DNA of 64,000 bases from Anaerolineae bacterium (GTDB lineage Bacteria; Chloroflexota; Anaerolineae; CG2-30-64-16): positions 20,406 through 84,405 of the forward strand of contig JAPKMS010000040.1 in the NCBI GenBank assembly GCA_026645775.1, in the 5' to 3' direction. Shown here one piece after another: positions 41,886 to 50,490 of this stretch. A model generated the notes under the pieces. The model worked only from the letters and a program-made list of their open reading frames with translations, searched no databases and had not been told where the DNA came from. Numbering within the stretch: position 1 is the first letter of the stretch; every line of letters begins with the position of its first letter. The translations under genes were made by a program, and so were the position numbers.

Positions 41886-42890
41886 ATGGCGCATCTGTTG
41901 GAAGTCAAAGACCTGGTGACGCGGTTCTACTCGGACCGCACGACCATCCATGCGGTCAACGGCATCTCCTACACGCTGGACGAGGGCGAATCGCTGGCGA
42001 TTGTCGGCGAGAGCGGCTCGGGCAAGTCGGTGGGAGTAATGTCGCTGATGGGGCTCATCCGCTATCCGCCGGGCCGGGTGGAGGGGGGCGAGGCGCTCTT
42101 TAAGGGCCGCGATCTGCTCAAGCTCTCGCCCAGCGAGATCCGCAAGGTGTGCGGGCGCGAGATCGCGATGGTCTTCCAGGACCCGATGACCTCGCTGAAT
42201 CCCGTCCTGCCCATTGGGCTGCAACTGGGCGAATCGCTGCGCAAGCATATGGGGATGGATAAGGCGCAGGCCCAGGTGCGCGCGGCAGAGCTGCTCGCCC
42301 TGGTCGGCCTGCCCAACGCGGCGGATCGCCTGAAGGATTTCCCGTTCCAGTTCTCCGGCGGGCAGCGGCAGCGCATCATGATCGCGATGGGGTTGGCGTG
42401 TGATCCCAGCCTGCTGATTGCGGACGAGCCGACCACCGCGCTGGACGTCACGATCCAGGCGCAGATTGTCGAGCTGGTGAAAGAGCTCCAGCAGAAGCTC
42501 GGCATGGCGATTATCTGGATCAGCCACAACCTGGCGCTGGTAGCGGGCATGGTGGACAAGGTCATCGTCATGTATTCCGGCTACATTGTGGAGCAGGCGC
42601 CAGTGGATGACCTGTACGAGCGGCCGCTGCACCCCTACACGCTGGGCCTGCTGCACGCCATCCCCACGCTGGAGCAGCGTAACCAGGAGCGGCTGGCCTC
42701 CATTGAGGGGATGCCGCCCGATCTGCGCAAGCCGGTGACGGGCTGCCCCTTCGCTCCGCGCTGCCCGTATGCGATCGAGAAGTGCCTGCAAGCCATCCCG
42801 CCCCTGCAAGCCGTGGGCCCTCAGCGCACCTCCGCCTGCTGGCGCGCCGAAGAGCTGCGCGGGGTTCACACCTTTGGAGACAAGCTATGA
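41886..42890 (+). CDS. ABC ATP-binding protein (DppD/OppD-like)
   Basis: Walker A GESGSGKS, signature and C-terminal oligopeptide-ABC extension with Cys cluster. Confidence 0.85.
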   Translation: MAHLLEVKDLVTRFYSDRTTIHAVNGISYTLDEGESLAIVGESGSGKSVGVMSLMGLIRYPPGRVEGGEALFKGRDLLKLSPSEIRKVCGREIAMVFQDPMTSLNPVLPIGLQLGESLRKHMGMDKAQAQVRAAELLALVGLPNAADRLKDFPFQFSGGQRQRIMIAMGLACDPSLLIADEPTTALDVTIQAQIVELVKELQQKLGMAIIWISHNLALVAGMVDKVIVMYSGYIVEQAPVDDLYERPLHPYTLGLLHAIPTLEQRNQERLASIEGMPPDLRKPVTGCPFAPRCPYAIEKCLQAIPPLQAVGPQRTSACWRAEELRGVHTFGDKL

Positions 42891-43897
42891 CCGCCCCAAT
42901 GCCCTCAAAGACACTCGTCGAGGTCAAAAACCTCAAGGTGCATTTCCCGATCCGTCGCGGATTGCTGCGCAAGCAGGTCGGCGCGGTGCGCGCGGTGGAT
43001 GACATCAGCTTCGATGTGTACGAGGGCGAGACGCTGGGCCTCGTGGGCGAGAGCGGCTGTGGCAAGTCCACGACCGGGCTGGCCGTGCTGAAGCTGCTGG
43101 AAGCGACCGCGGGCGAGGTCCGTTTCCGCGGGCAGGACCTGACGCACCTCAGCGAGGCGCAGATGCGCCCCTTGCGCCGGCACATGATGATGGTGTTCCA
43201 GGACCCGTACTCGTCGCTTAACCCGCGCATGACCGTGGGCAACATCATCGGTGAACCGCTGGGTGTGCATGCGGTGGGCGCGGCAGCCGAGCGGGCGGAG
43301 CGCGTGCAGGAGCTGCTGCGGCTGGTGGGGTTGAACCCCGCGTTCATCAACCGCTATCCGCACGAGTTCTCCGGCGGGCAGCGCCAGCGCATCGGTCTGG
43401 CCCGCGCGCTGGCGACCAACCCGGCGTTCATCGTGGCCGACGAGCCGATCTCCGCGCTCGATGTGTCCATCCAGGCGCAGGTCGTCAACCTGATGAGCGA
43501 TCTCAAGTCGCAGCTTGGGCTGACGTACCTGTTTATCTCCCACGATCTTTCCATGGTGCGTTTCATCAGCGACCGCGTCGCTGTGATGTACCTGGGCAAG
43601 ATGGTGGAGTTGGGCAGCCGCGATGCCGTGTTCGAGCGGCCGCTGCACCCCTATACGCGGGCGCTCATGTCGGCTGTGCCCGTTGCGAACCCTCGCCTGG
43701 AGCGCCAACGGCGGCGCATCATCCTCGAGGGGGATGTGCCGAGTCCCGCGAAGCCGCCCGCGGGCTGTCGTTTCCATCCGCGCTGTGCATTTGCCACCGA
43801 TATCTGCCGTCAGGAGGAGCCCGCCCTGCGGGAGCTGGAAGGCGGGGCTGTGGCTTCGCACCGGGTGGCGTGCCATCACGCGGAGAAACTGCTCTGA
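42887..43897 (+). CDS. ABC ATP-binding protein (DppF/OppF-like)
   Basis: GESGCGKST and LSGGQRQR. ATG overlaps the upstream stop. Confidence 0.85.
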   Translation: MTAPMPSKTLVEVKNLKVHFPIRRGLLRKQVGAVRAVDDISFDVYEGETLGLVGESGCGKSTTGLAVLKLLEATAGEVRFRGQDLTHLSEAQMRPLRRHMMMVFQDPYSSLNPRMTVGNIIGEPLGVHAVGAAAERAERVQELLRLVGLNPAFINRYPHEFSGGQRQRIGLARALATNPAFIVADEPISALDVSIQAQVVNLMSDLKSQLGLTYLFISHDLSMVRFISDRVAVMYLGKMVELGSRDAVFERPLHPYTRALMSAVPVANPRLERQRRRIILEGDVPSPAKPPAGCRFHPRCAFATDICRQEEPALRELEGGAVASHRVACHHAEKLL

Positions 43898-43958
43898 TTG
43901 CATTCAACGAGCTGGTCCGTCAGTGGGCCGGCGTAACCATCACTCCAAGGAGAGAACC

Positions 43959-45665
43959 ATGAAGGTCACCCAGTTGTTCGTTATCGTTGCCCTGTTCGCG
44001 ATGGTGCTGTCTGGCTGTGCCGCCCCGGCCGCCACAACGACACCCGCGACCCCCGCCCCGGCCGCCGTCGAACCGACGAAGGCCCCTGAAGCACCCGCGG
44101 CGCCCGCCGTGGAACCGACCGCTGCCCCCGCCGCTGCCACAGGGCCTGCTGGCGTCTTCCGCTCGCCCATGCGCACCGGCTGCGCGGTTGGCACGCTGTG
44201 GACCACCTGCGGCCGCCGCCTCGATGAGGCGTTCCTCCAGGGCCTGGCGGAAGTCAAGTGGACCGCCGACGGCGTCGAGCCGCTGCTGGCCACCAACTGG
44301 GACGTAGAAGATGGCGGCAAGGCGTTCGTCTTCCATCTGCGCGAAGGCGTCAAGTGGCATGATGGCGAGCCCTTCACGGCCGATGATGTCGTCTTTACCT
44401 TCAACATCTTTGCGAACCCGGCGGTTGGCTCCACTTACGCGGCTAAACTGTCGGATGTCGTCGGCTACGATGAGTTCAAGGCCGGCACCGCGACTTCGCT
44501 GGCCGGCGTGACCAAGGTCGACGACATGACGGTGCGCGTCGAACTCAAGGCCGTGACCCCGCTGTGGGTCGAGCTGCAGCAAATCTCGATCAGCATCCTG
44601 CCCGAACATATCCTTGGCAGCGTCGCGCCGGATCAACTGCGCACGCACGCCTACTGGAAGAACATGGTCGGCACCGGCCCGTTTGTTATGACCAAGTTCG
44701 TGGATGACCAGTACATCGAAGGCGCCGCCAATCCCGACTACTTCCTGGGCAAACCCAAGCTGGACAAGATCGTCTTCCAGATCTACGCCGACACCACCGC
44801 GATCCTGAACGCGCTCGAGGCCGGTGAGCTCGACGCCACCCCGTACGAGGGCGGCGGCATCCCGCTCGATCAGGTCAAGCGCTTCGAGGCGATGGACCAC
44901 CTGACCGTCCTGGGCAACATGGACGGCGGCCTGCCCACGTTCCTGTTCGTCAACTTCACCGACCCGGACTTCGCCAAGCTTGAGGTCCGCCAGGCCATGA
45001 TGTATGCGATCGACCGCCAGACCATCATGGAAACCGTCCGCATGAACTACGGCAAGATCTCCAACACCATGTTCCCTGCGGAATGGGCCCGCCCCGCGGA
45101 CCTGGAAACGTACGCGTACAATCCTGAGAAGGCCATGGAACTGCTCAAGACGGCCGGCTGGGACAGCACGCGCAAGCTCGACTTCCTTTACTACTACAAC
45201 GACCAGGTCAACAAAGACATCGTCGTGGCGATCCAGTCGTACCTGGCGGCGGTCGGCGTCAACGTCGAGCCGCGGCTGGTGGACGGCGCGGGCTTCAACC
45301 AGGCGATCGTCGACGGCACCTTCCAGGTCGGCTACGGGGCCAACGGCCAGGGCCTTGACCCCTCCATCGCGGCCAACATCCAGAAGTGCGGCACGCAGCG
45401 TGCGATGGGCTACTGCAACGAGCGGGTGGACGAGCTGTTCGGCTTGGGCCTGAGCGAAGGCACCCGTGAGAAGCGCGCCCCGTACTACCAGGAAATCAGC
45501 ACGATCCTGAACAAGGAACTGCCGAAGATCTGGCTGTGGTACGAGGTCCGGCCGATGGGCTTCAACAGCCGCATCGCTGGCCTGGCCGAGCATTTCGCGC
45601 AGCAGCCGCTGCTGATGTTCGACATCCCGGTCTACAACGAAATCCACACCTGGTACACCAAGTAA
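43959..45665 (+). CDS. ABC substrate-binding lipoprotein, family 5 (peptide/nickel/oligosaccharide type; SatA-like?)
   Basis: Lipobox LSGC, Ala/Pro-rich linker and family-5 SBP core. ATG at 43959 behind AAGGAGAG. Confidence 0.85.
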   Translation: MKVTQLFVIVALFAMVLSGCAAPAATTTPATPAPAAVEPTKAPEAPAAPAVEPTAAPAAATGPAGVFRSPMRTGCAVGTLWTTCGRRLDEAFLQGLAEVKWTADGVEPLLATNWDVEDGGKAFVFHLREGVKWHDGEPFTADDVVFTFNIFANPAVGSTYAAKLSDVVGYDEFKAGTATSLAGVTKVDDMTVRVELKAVTPLWVELQQISISILPEHILGSVAPDQLRTHAYWKNMVGTGPFVMTKFVDDQYIEGAANPDYFLGKPKLDKIVFQIYADTTAILNALEAGELDATPYEGGGIPLDQVKRFEAMDHLTVLGNMDGGLPTFLFVNFTDPDFAKLEVRQAMMYAIDRQTIMETVRMNYGKISNTMFPAEWARPADLETYAYNPEKAMELLKTAGWDSTRKLDFLYYYNDQVNKDIVVAIQSYLAAVGVNVEPRLVDGAGFNQAIVDGTFQVGYGANGQGLDPSIAANIQKCGTQRAMGYCNERVDELFGLGLSEGTREKRAPYYQEISTILNKELPKIWLWYEVRPMGFNSRIAGLAEHFAQQPLLMFDIPVYNEIHTWYTK

Positions 45666-45675
45666 GTGACTGACA

Positions 45676-45706
45676 GGTGTAGGGGCGGGGTCACCCCGCC
45701 CCTACA
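45676..45706 (+). terminator. perfect 15-bp hairpin after the SBP gene
   Basis: gtgtaggggcggggt-c-accccgcccctacac. Confidence 0.5.
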
Positions 45707-45736
45707 CAAACCCTATGCGACACGGAGTTCATCGCT

Positions 45737-46693
45737 ATGACCACGTATATCTTACGCCGCATCCTCATCAGCCTGCCCATCATCCTGGGGATCACGATCA
45801 TCGTGTTCCTGCTGGCGAACATGATGCCGGGCGACGCCGTGTTGGCGATGATCTCCTCGGATACGCCCATGGAAGCCGACCTGATCAAGCTGCGCCAGGG
45901 CCAGTTGGGCCTCGATCTGCCCCTGTACGTGCAGTATGGCCGTTGGCTGGGCAACCTGGTGCATGGCAACCTCGGTTTCTCCTTCCAGACCGGCGAACCG
46001 GTGGCGCGGATGATTGTCACGCGCATCCCGGCCACGCTGGAGCTGATGGGCATTTCGCTGCTCATTTCCATCATTTTAGGCGTCATCCTGGGGACGGTGT
46101 CGGCGCTGAAACAATATTCTGCGCTGGATTACGGCCTGACGCTGTTCGGCTTTACCGGCATCTCCATCCCCGATTTCTTCCTGGGCATGATCCTGATCTT
46201 CATCTTTGCCTTGAAGCTCAAATGGTTCCCGACCTCCGGCATGGTGACCGCGGGCACCGACTTTTCGTGGGGTGATAACCTGCGCCACTTGTTCCTGCCC
46301 GGGCTGGCGCTGGCCCTGGTGCGCACGTCCGTGTTTATGCGGTATACCCGCGCCAGCGTGCTCGAAGTCATCAACGACGATTACGTGCGCACGGCCCGCG
46401 CCAAGGGGATGACCGAATTTGTCGTCATCGCCCGGCACGTCCTGCGCAACGCCCTGATCCCCGTCATCACGGTGATCGGCGTCAGCCTGACGGTGTTGTT
46501 TGCCGGGGCCGTGATCATCGAGACCATCTTCCAGTGGCCGGGTATCGGGCTCATGTTCATCAGCGCGATCTCGCTGCGCGACTCGCCCGTCATCATGGGC
46601 TACGTGCTGGTATCCGCTTTTGTCGTGCTTATCGCCAACCTGTTGACCGACGTCGTGTATTCGTGGGTTGATCCCCGGATCCGGTACGAGTAG
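45737..46693 (+). CDS. ABC permease (DppB-like)
   Basis: Six TMs and an EAA loop. Confidence 0.85.
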   Translation: MTTYILRRILISLPIILGITIIVFLLANMMPGDAVLAMISSDTPMEADLIKLRQGQLGLDLPLYVQYGRWLGNLVHGNLGFSFQTGEPVARMIVTRIPATLELMGISLLISIILGVILGTVSALKQYSALDYGLTLFGFTGISIPDFFLGMILIFIFALKLKWFPTSGMVTAGTDFSWGDNLRHLFLPGLALALVRTSVFMRYTRASVLEVINDDYVRTARAKGMTEFVVIARHVLRNALIPVITVIGVSLTVLFAGAVIIETIFQWPGIGLMFISAISLRDSPVIMGYVLVSAFVVLIANLLTDVVYSWVDPRIRYE

Positions 46694-46702
46694 GAGATCC
46701 CA

Positions 46703-47596
46703 ATGACAACTGCCGCTGCGTCAACGATCGTGCTCGCCACGAGCAAGCCGGAGAGCCTGTGGACGAAGGCCCGCAGGCGCTTCTTCCGCCATAAGCTCGC
46801 CATGTTCGGGCTGGTCACCCTGTTCCTGCTGATCTTCGTTTCGGTGGCCGCGCCGCTGCTCACGCCGTATTCGCCCATTACGCTTGATCTGCGCGCGATG
46901 CGCAAGGCGCCGACCGCCCTGCACTGGCTGGGCACCGATGGCACCGGCCGCGACGTCCTGACGCGCATCTTCTATGCCGGCCGCATCTCGTTGTCCGTGG
47001 GCCTGGTGTCGGTTTCCATCTCCATGCTCATCGGCATCATCATCGGCAGCATCGCGGGCTACAAGGGCGGCAAGGTGGACATGTTCCTGATGCGCCTGAC
47101 CGACATGTTCATGACGTTCCCGTCGCTGGTTATCATCATTACCGTAGCGGCCGCGATGGGCCCCAGCGTCTATAACGCTATGCTCGTGATCGGCCTGCTG
47201 ACGTGGCCGTCCATCGCCCGGCTGGTGCGCGGCCAGTTCCTGACGTTGCGCGAACAGCAGTTCGTGCGCGCGGCTCGCTCCATCGGCGTATCCGATTGGG
47301 AGATCATCTTCAAACACATCTTCCCGAACACCATCAGCTCCATCGCGGTCGCGGTGACCTTCGGCGTGGCGAACGCCATCCTGTTAGAGGCGTCGCTGTC
47401 GTTCCTGGGGCTGGGGGTGCAGGCGCCGACGCCGAGCTGGGGCAACATGCTGCGCGACGCCCAGAGCCTCAACATCCTGGAAGACATGCCCTGGATGTGG
47501 CTGCCGCCCGGCCTGATGATCGGGCTGGCGGTGTTGAGCATCAACTTCATCGGCGACGGCCTGCGCGACGCGCTGGACCCGCGATCCATTTTGTAG
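46703..47596 (+). CDS. ABC permease (DppC-like)
   Basis: Six TMs and an EAA loop. Confidence 0.85.
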   Translation: MTTAAASTIVLATSKPESLWTKARRRFFRHKLAMFGLVTLFLLIFVSVAAPLLTPYSPITLDLRAMRKAPTALHWLGTDGTGRDVLTRIFYAGRISLSVGLVSVSISMLIGIIIGSIAGYKGGKVDMFLMRLTDMFMTFPSLVIIITVAAAMGPSVYNAMLVIGLLTWPSIARLVRGQFLTLREQQFVRAARSIGVSDWEIIFKHIFPNTISSIAVAVTFGVANAILLEASLSFLGLGVQAPTPSWGNMLRDAQSLNILEDMPWMWLPPGLMIGLAVLSINFIGDGLRDALDPRSIL

Positions 47597-47597
47597 A

Positions 47598-47670
47598 GAT
47601 AAGGCTAAGGATAAGGCTGAGAATTCATATGAACCTTCGACCTTAGCCTTGATCTCAACTTTAGCCTTAC
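47598..47670. repeat. AAGGCTNAGG tandem-repeat hairpin element after the permease gene
   Basis: gataaggctaaggataaggctgag ... accttagccttgatctcaactttagccttac. The right arm is homologous to the element at 50241-50292. Confidence 0.45.
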
Positions 47671-47681
47671 TGGAGACATTA

Positions 47682-48569
47682 ATGCGTACATTTGATGGTT
47701 TCTGGCCGGCGCTTATCACGCCGTATACTGAGAACGACGAAATCAACGTGAAAGTTTTGCGCGAATTGGTGGATTACCACCTCAGCAAGGGCGTCAGCGG
47801 CTTCTACCTGTGCGGCAGCACGGGCGAAGGCGCGTTCCAGACGGTGGCCGAGCGGAAGCTGGTGGTCGAGACCGCCCTGGCGCGCATCAACGGCCGCGTG
47901 CCGGTGATCGTGCACGTGGGCGCGGCGGTGTTGAACGACGCAGTCGAGCTGGCGCGGCATGCGCAGGCTCGCGGCGCGGCGGGCATCAGCAGCATCCTGC
48001 CGCCCGTGATTTACAACTTACAGGGCGTCGTGCCCTTCTTTGAGCGGATCGCGGCCGCGGCGCCGGAGCTGCCGTTCCTGCCCTACCTGTTCGGCTTCTC
48101 CCGCGATGCCGTGGCGCTGATGCGCGATCTGGCGCACATCCCCAACCTGGCCGGCACCAAGTACACCGGGCCGAACATGTACGAGATGAACCAGGTCATC
48201 CGTTTCCGTTCGGAAGGCTGGACCGTCTTTTCGGGGATGGACGAGCAGGCGGCTTTGGGGCTGATGTACGGCGCGGCCGGCGTGATCGGCTCGACCCTGA
48301 ATTTTATGCCCGGCGTCTACCGGGAGATCTACGCCAGCGTTCGGGGCGGCGACCCCGCGCGGGCGCTTGAATTCCAACGCCGCGGCAACCGCATCACCGA
48401 ACTGATGATCAGCAACGGCTTCGTCGGCTCGTTTCGCGAGGGGATGCGGCTGCTGGGCTTCGACTGCGGCCAGCCCCGCCTGCCCAATCTGCCGCTGCCC
48501 GAAGCGAAGCGCGCCGCGCTGCACGCTGGGTTCGAGGAATTTGGGTTCGCGGAACTGGCCGCGCTGTAA
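47682..48569 (+). CDS. DapA-family aldolase/lyase (N-acetylneuraminate lyase-like)
   Basis: DHDPS/NAL fold motifs (GFYLCGSTGEG, lysine-bearing strand). ATG at 47682 behind GGAGAC. Confidence 0.8.
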   Translation: MRTFDGFWPALITPYTENDEINVKVLRELVDYHLSKGVSGFYLCGSTGEGAFQTVAERKLVVETALARINGRVPVIVHVGAAVLNDAVELARHAQARGAAGISSILPPVIYNLQGVVPFFERIAAAAPELPFLPYLFGFSRDAVALMRDLAHIPNLAGTKYTGPNMYEMNQVIRFRSEGWTVFSGMDEQAALGLMYGAAGVIGSTLNFMPGVYREIYASVRGGDPARALEFQRRGNRITELMISNGFVGSFREGMRLLGFDCGQPRLPNLPLPEAKRAALHAGFEEFGFAELAAL

Positions 48570-48683
48570 CCCGAAAAATCGGACGCGGACGAGCGCGGAT
48601 CAACGCGGATGGCTGAATTGTCAGTCCATGCCTGTTGCCCCGCAGGTCCGCTGGTCCAGATCTCAACTTTCGTGAGCAAGAGA

Positions 48684-49892
48684 ATGACCGCTACTGATAC
48701 TTCAACGATCATGTCCCCCGCCCGCGTTGAGGCGCTGCTGGCAACTTATCGGGATGGCCTGCTCAACAGCACGCTGCCGTTCTGGTTCCCGCGCGCGGTT
48801 GACGAGGAGCACGGCGGATTTATGTTCTCGCGCGACCGTGACGGGTCGCCCTTGGACAGCGACAAAGCGATCTGGCTGCAAGGACGGGCTTCCTGGCTGC
48901 TGGCGACGCTCTACAGCGAGGTGGCGCCGCGGCCGGAATGGCTGGCGTGGTCGCGGCACGGCATCGATTTCCTGCGCAAGCACGGCTTCGACGCGGATGG
49001 CCGGATGTTCTTCCTGGTGGATCGGGAGGGTCGCCCCCTGCGCAAGCGGCGCTACATCTTCAGCGAGACGTTCATGATCGCCGCGCTGGCCGCGTACGGC
49101 CGTGCCGCCGGGGACGCGGCCGCGGTGCAGGAAGCGCTTGAGTTATATCAGCGCGTGCAGAGTCATCTTGACACACCCGGCGTGTTGGAGCCGAAGTGGA
49201 ACACCGCCGTGCGGCCCATGCGCGGGCTGGCCGTGCCGATGATCATGATCGTCACCGCGCAAATCCTGCGGCAGGCATTGCCCGACCCCACCTTCTGCAA
49301 TCAGACGATTGACCGCTACATCGGCGAGCTCCGCCGCTACCACATGCACCCGGAGCTGGCGACCGTGCTGGAGACCGTCGGGCCGGACGGCGAATTCCTG
49401 GATCACTTCGACGGCCGCACGCTGAACCCCGGGCATGCCATCGAGGCATCGTGGTTCATCATGCACGAAGGACGGCTGCGCGGCGACCCTGAGCTGATCC
49501 GGACCGGCCTGACGATCCTTGACTGGATGTGGGAGCGGGGCTGGGATCGGGAGTACGGTGGCATCACCTACTTCGTGGACGTCAAGGGGCTGCCGGTGCA
49601 GGAGTACTGGCACGACATGAAGTTCTGGTGGCCCCAGAACGAGACGATCATCGCCACGCTGCTGGCTTACCGGCTCACCGGGGATGAGAAGTACGCGCGC
49701 TGGCACCGCATGATCCACGACTGGACCTACGCGCGCTTCCCCGACCCGGAGCACGGCGAATGGTTCGGCTATCTGCACCGCGACGGCCGGCTCTCCTCGC
49801 GCCTCAAGGGCAACACGTACAAGGGCGCGTTCCACGTCCCGCGCATGGAGCTGATCTGCTGGAAGCTGATGGAGGAGATCAAGGCCGGGTAA
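48684..49892 (+). CDS. AGE-family epimerase/isomerase (N-acylglucosamine 2-epimerase-like)
   Basis: (alpha/alpha)6-barrel AGE signatures. ATG at 48684. Confidence 0.8.
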   Translation: MTATDTSTIMSPARVEALLATYRDGLLNSTLPFWFPRAVDEEHGGFMFSRDRDGSPLDSDKAIWLQGRASWLLATLYSEVAPRPEWLAWSRHGIDFLRKHGFDADGRMFFLVDREGRPLRKRRYIFSETFMIAALAAYGRAAGDAAAVQEALELYQRVQSHLDTPGVLEPKWNTAVRPMRGLAVPMIMIVTAQILRQALPDPTFCNQTIDRYIGELRRYHMHPELATVLETVGPDGEFLDHFDGRTLNPGHAIEASWFIMHEGRLRGDPELIRTGLTILDWMWERGWDREYGGITYFVDVKGLPVQEYWHDMKFWWPQNETIIATLLAYRLTGDEKYARWHRMIHDWTYARFPDPEHGEWFGYLHRDGRLSSRLKGNTYKGAFHVPRMELICWKLMEEIKAG

Positions 49893-49924
49893 AGGCGGCC
49901 GCAAACTTCTGGCTGCATAAATCA

Positions 49925-49960
49925 CAGGCGTCAAACGCTTTGGGTAGCGTTTGACGCCTG
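49925..49960. terminator. perfect 14-bp bidirectional hairpin
   Basis: caggcgtcaaacgc-tttgggta-gcgtttgacgcctg. Confidence 0.55.
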
Positions 49961-49979
49961 TTCGCGCCGAGGACTCGCA

Positions 49980-50228
49980 TCACAGCGCTGCCGCGTGCCA
50001 TAAGCCCTTCTCCGTCAACACATACGTCGCGGCCGGAAACTTCATATTGCTGGCGATCAGCCCGTGCCGCTTGAGGGTCTCGACCACGGCGCGCTCCACG
50101 GCCTCGTCCGGCCCGTCGAGCGGGTGCAGGGTGTAGGTCTTTTCGCCGTCCAACGTCCGGTGGGCCTTGAGGGTCGCGCCGGCGAGCATGGTGCGCAAAA
50201 TGCGAGTAGATTCGGAGGAAAGCCTCAT
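49980..50228 (-). CDS. small (82 aa) protein, possibly winged-helix
   Basis: Last gene of the radical SAM operon. Carries a Y.LTEKG wing-like motif. Preceded by a GAGG-rich repeat. Confidence 0.4.
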   Translation of the reverse strand: MRLSSESTRILRTMLAGATLKAHRTLDGEKTYTLHPLDGPDEAVERAVVETLKRHGLIASNMKFPAATYVLTEKGLWHAAAL

Positions 50229-50240
50229 GAGCTGGGACTG

Positions 50241-50292
50241 CTCAACCTCGACCTTGGCCTTAACCTCAGCCTTAACCTCAGCCTCAACCTAA
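50241..50292. repeat. tandem AACCTCAGCCTT repeat (about 3.5 units; purine-rich AAGGCTGAGGTT on the minus strand)
   Basis: ctcaacctcgaccttggccttaacctcagccttaacctcagcctcaacct. Confidence 0.5.
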
Positions 50293-50490
50293 CTCCCTGA
50301 CGTACTGCTGCAACTGCCGCTGGTTGATCTTCTGAAACTGATCCGGGATGATCTCCGCCATCTCGGCCTCGCTCAGCCGGATGCGCAGGACTTCCAGCGC
50401 GTCCTCAGGCGATTGGCCGTAGGCCAGTTTCTTTTTGCCGCTCGTCATGGCGAACAAATACATGTAGTGGGGGTTGCTGAAGCTGCTCAT
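50284..50490 (-). CDS. small (68 aa) hypothetical protein, translationally coupled to the radical SAM gene
   Basis: The ATG overlaps the radical SAM stop (ATGA). No family recognised. Confidence 0.4.
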   Translation of the reverse strand: MSSFSNPHYMYLFAMTSGKKKLAYGQSPEDALEVLRIRLSEAEMAEIIPDQFQKINQRQLQQYVRELG

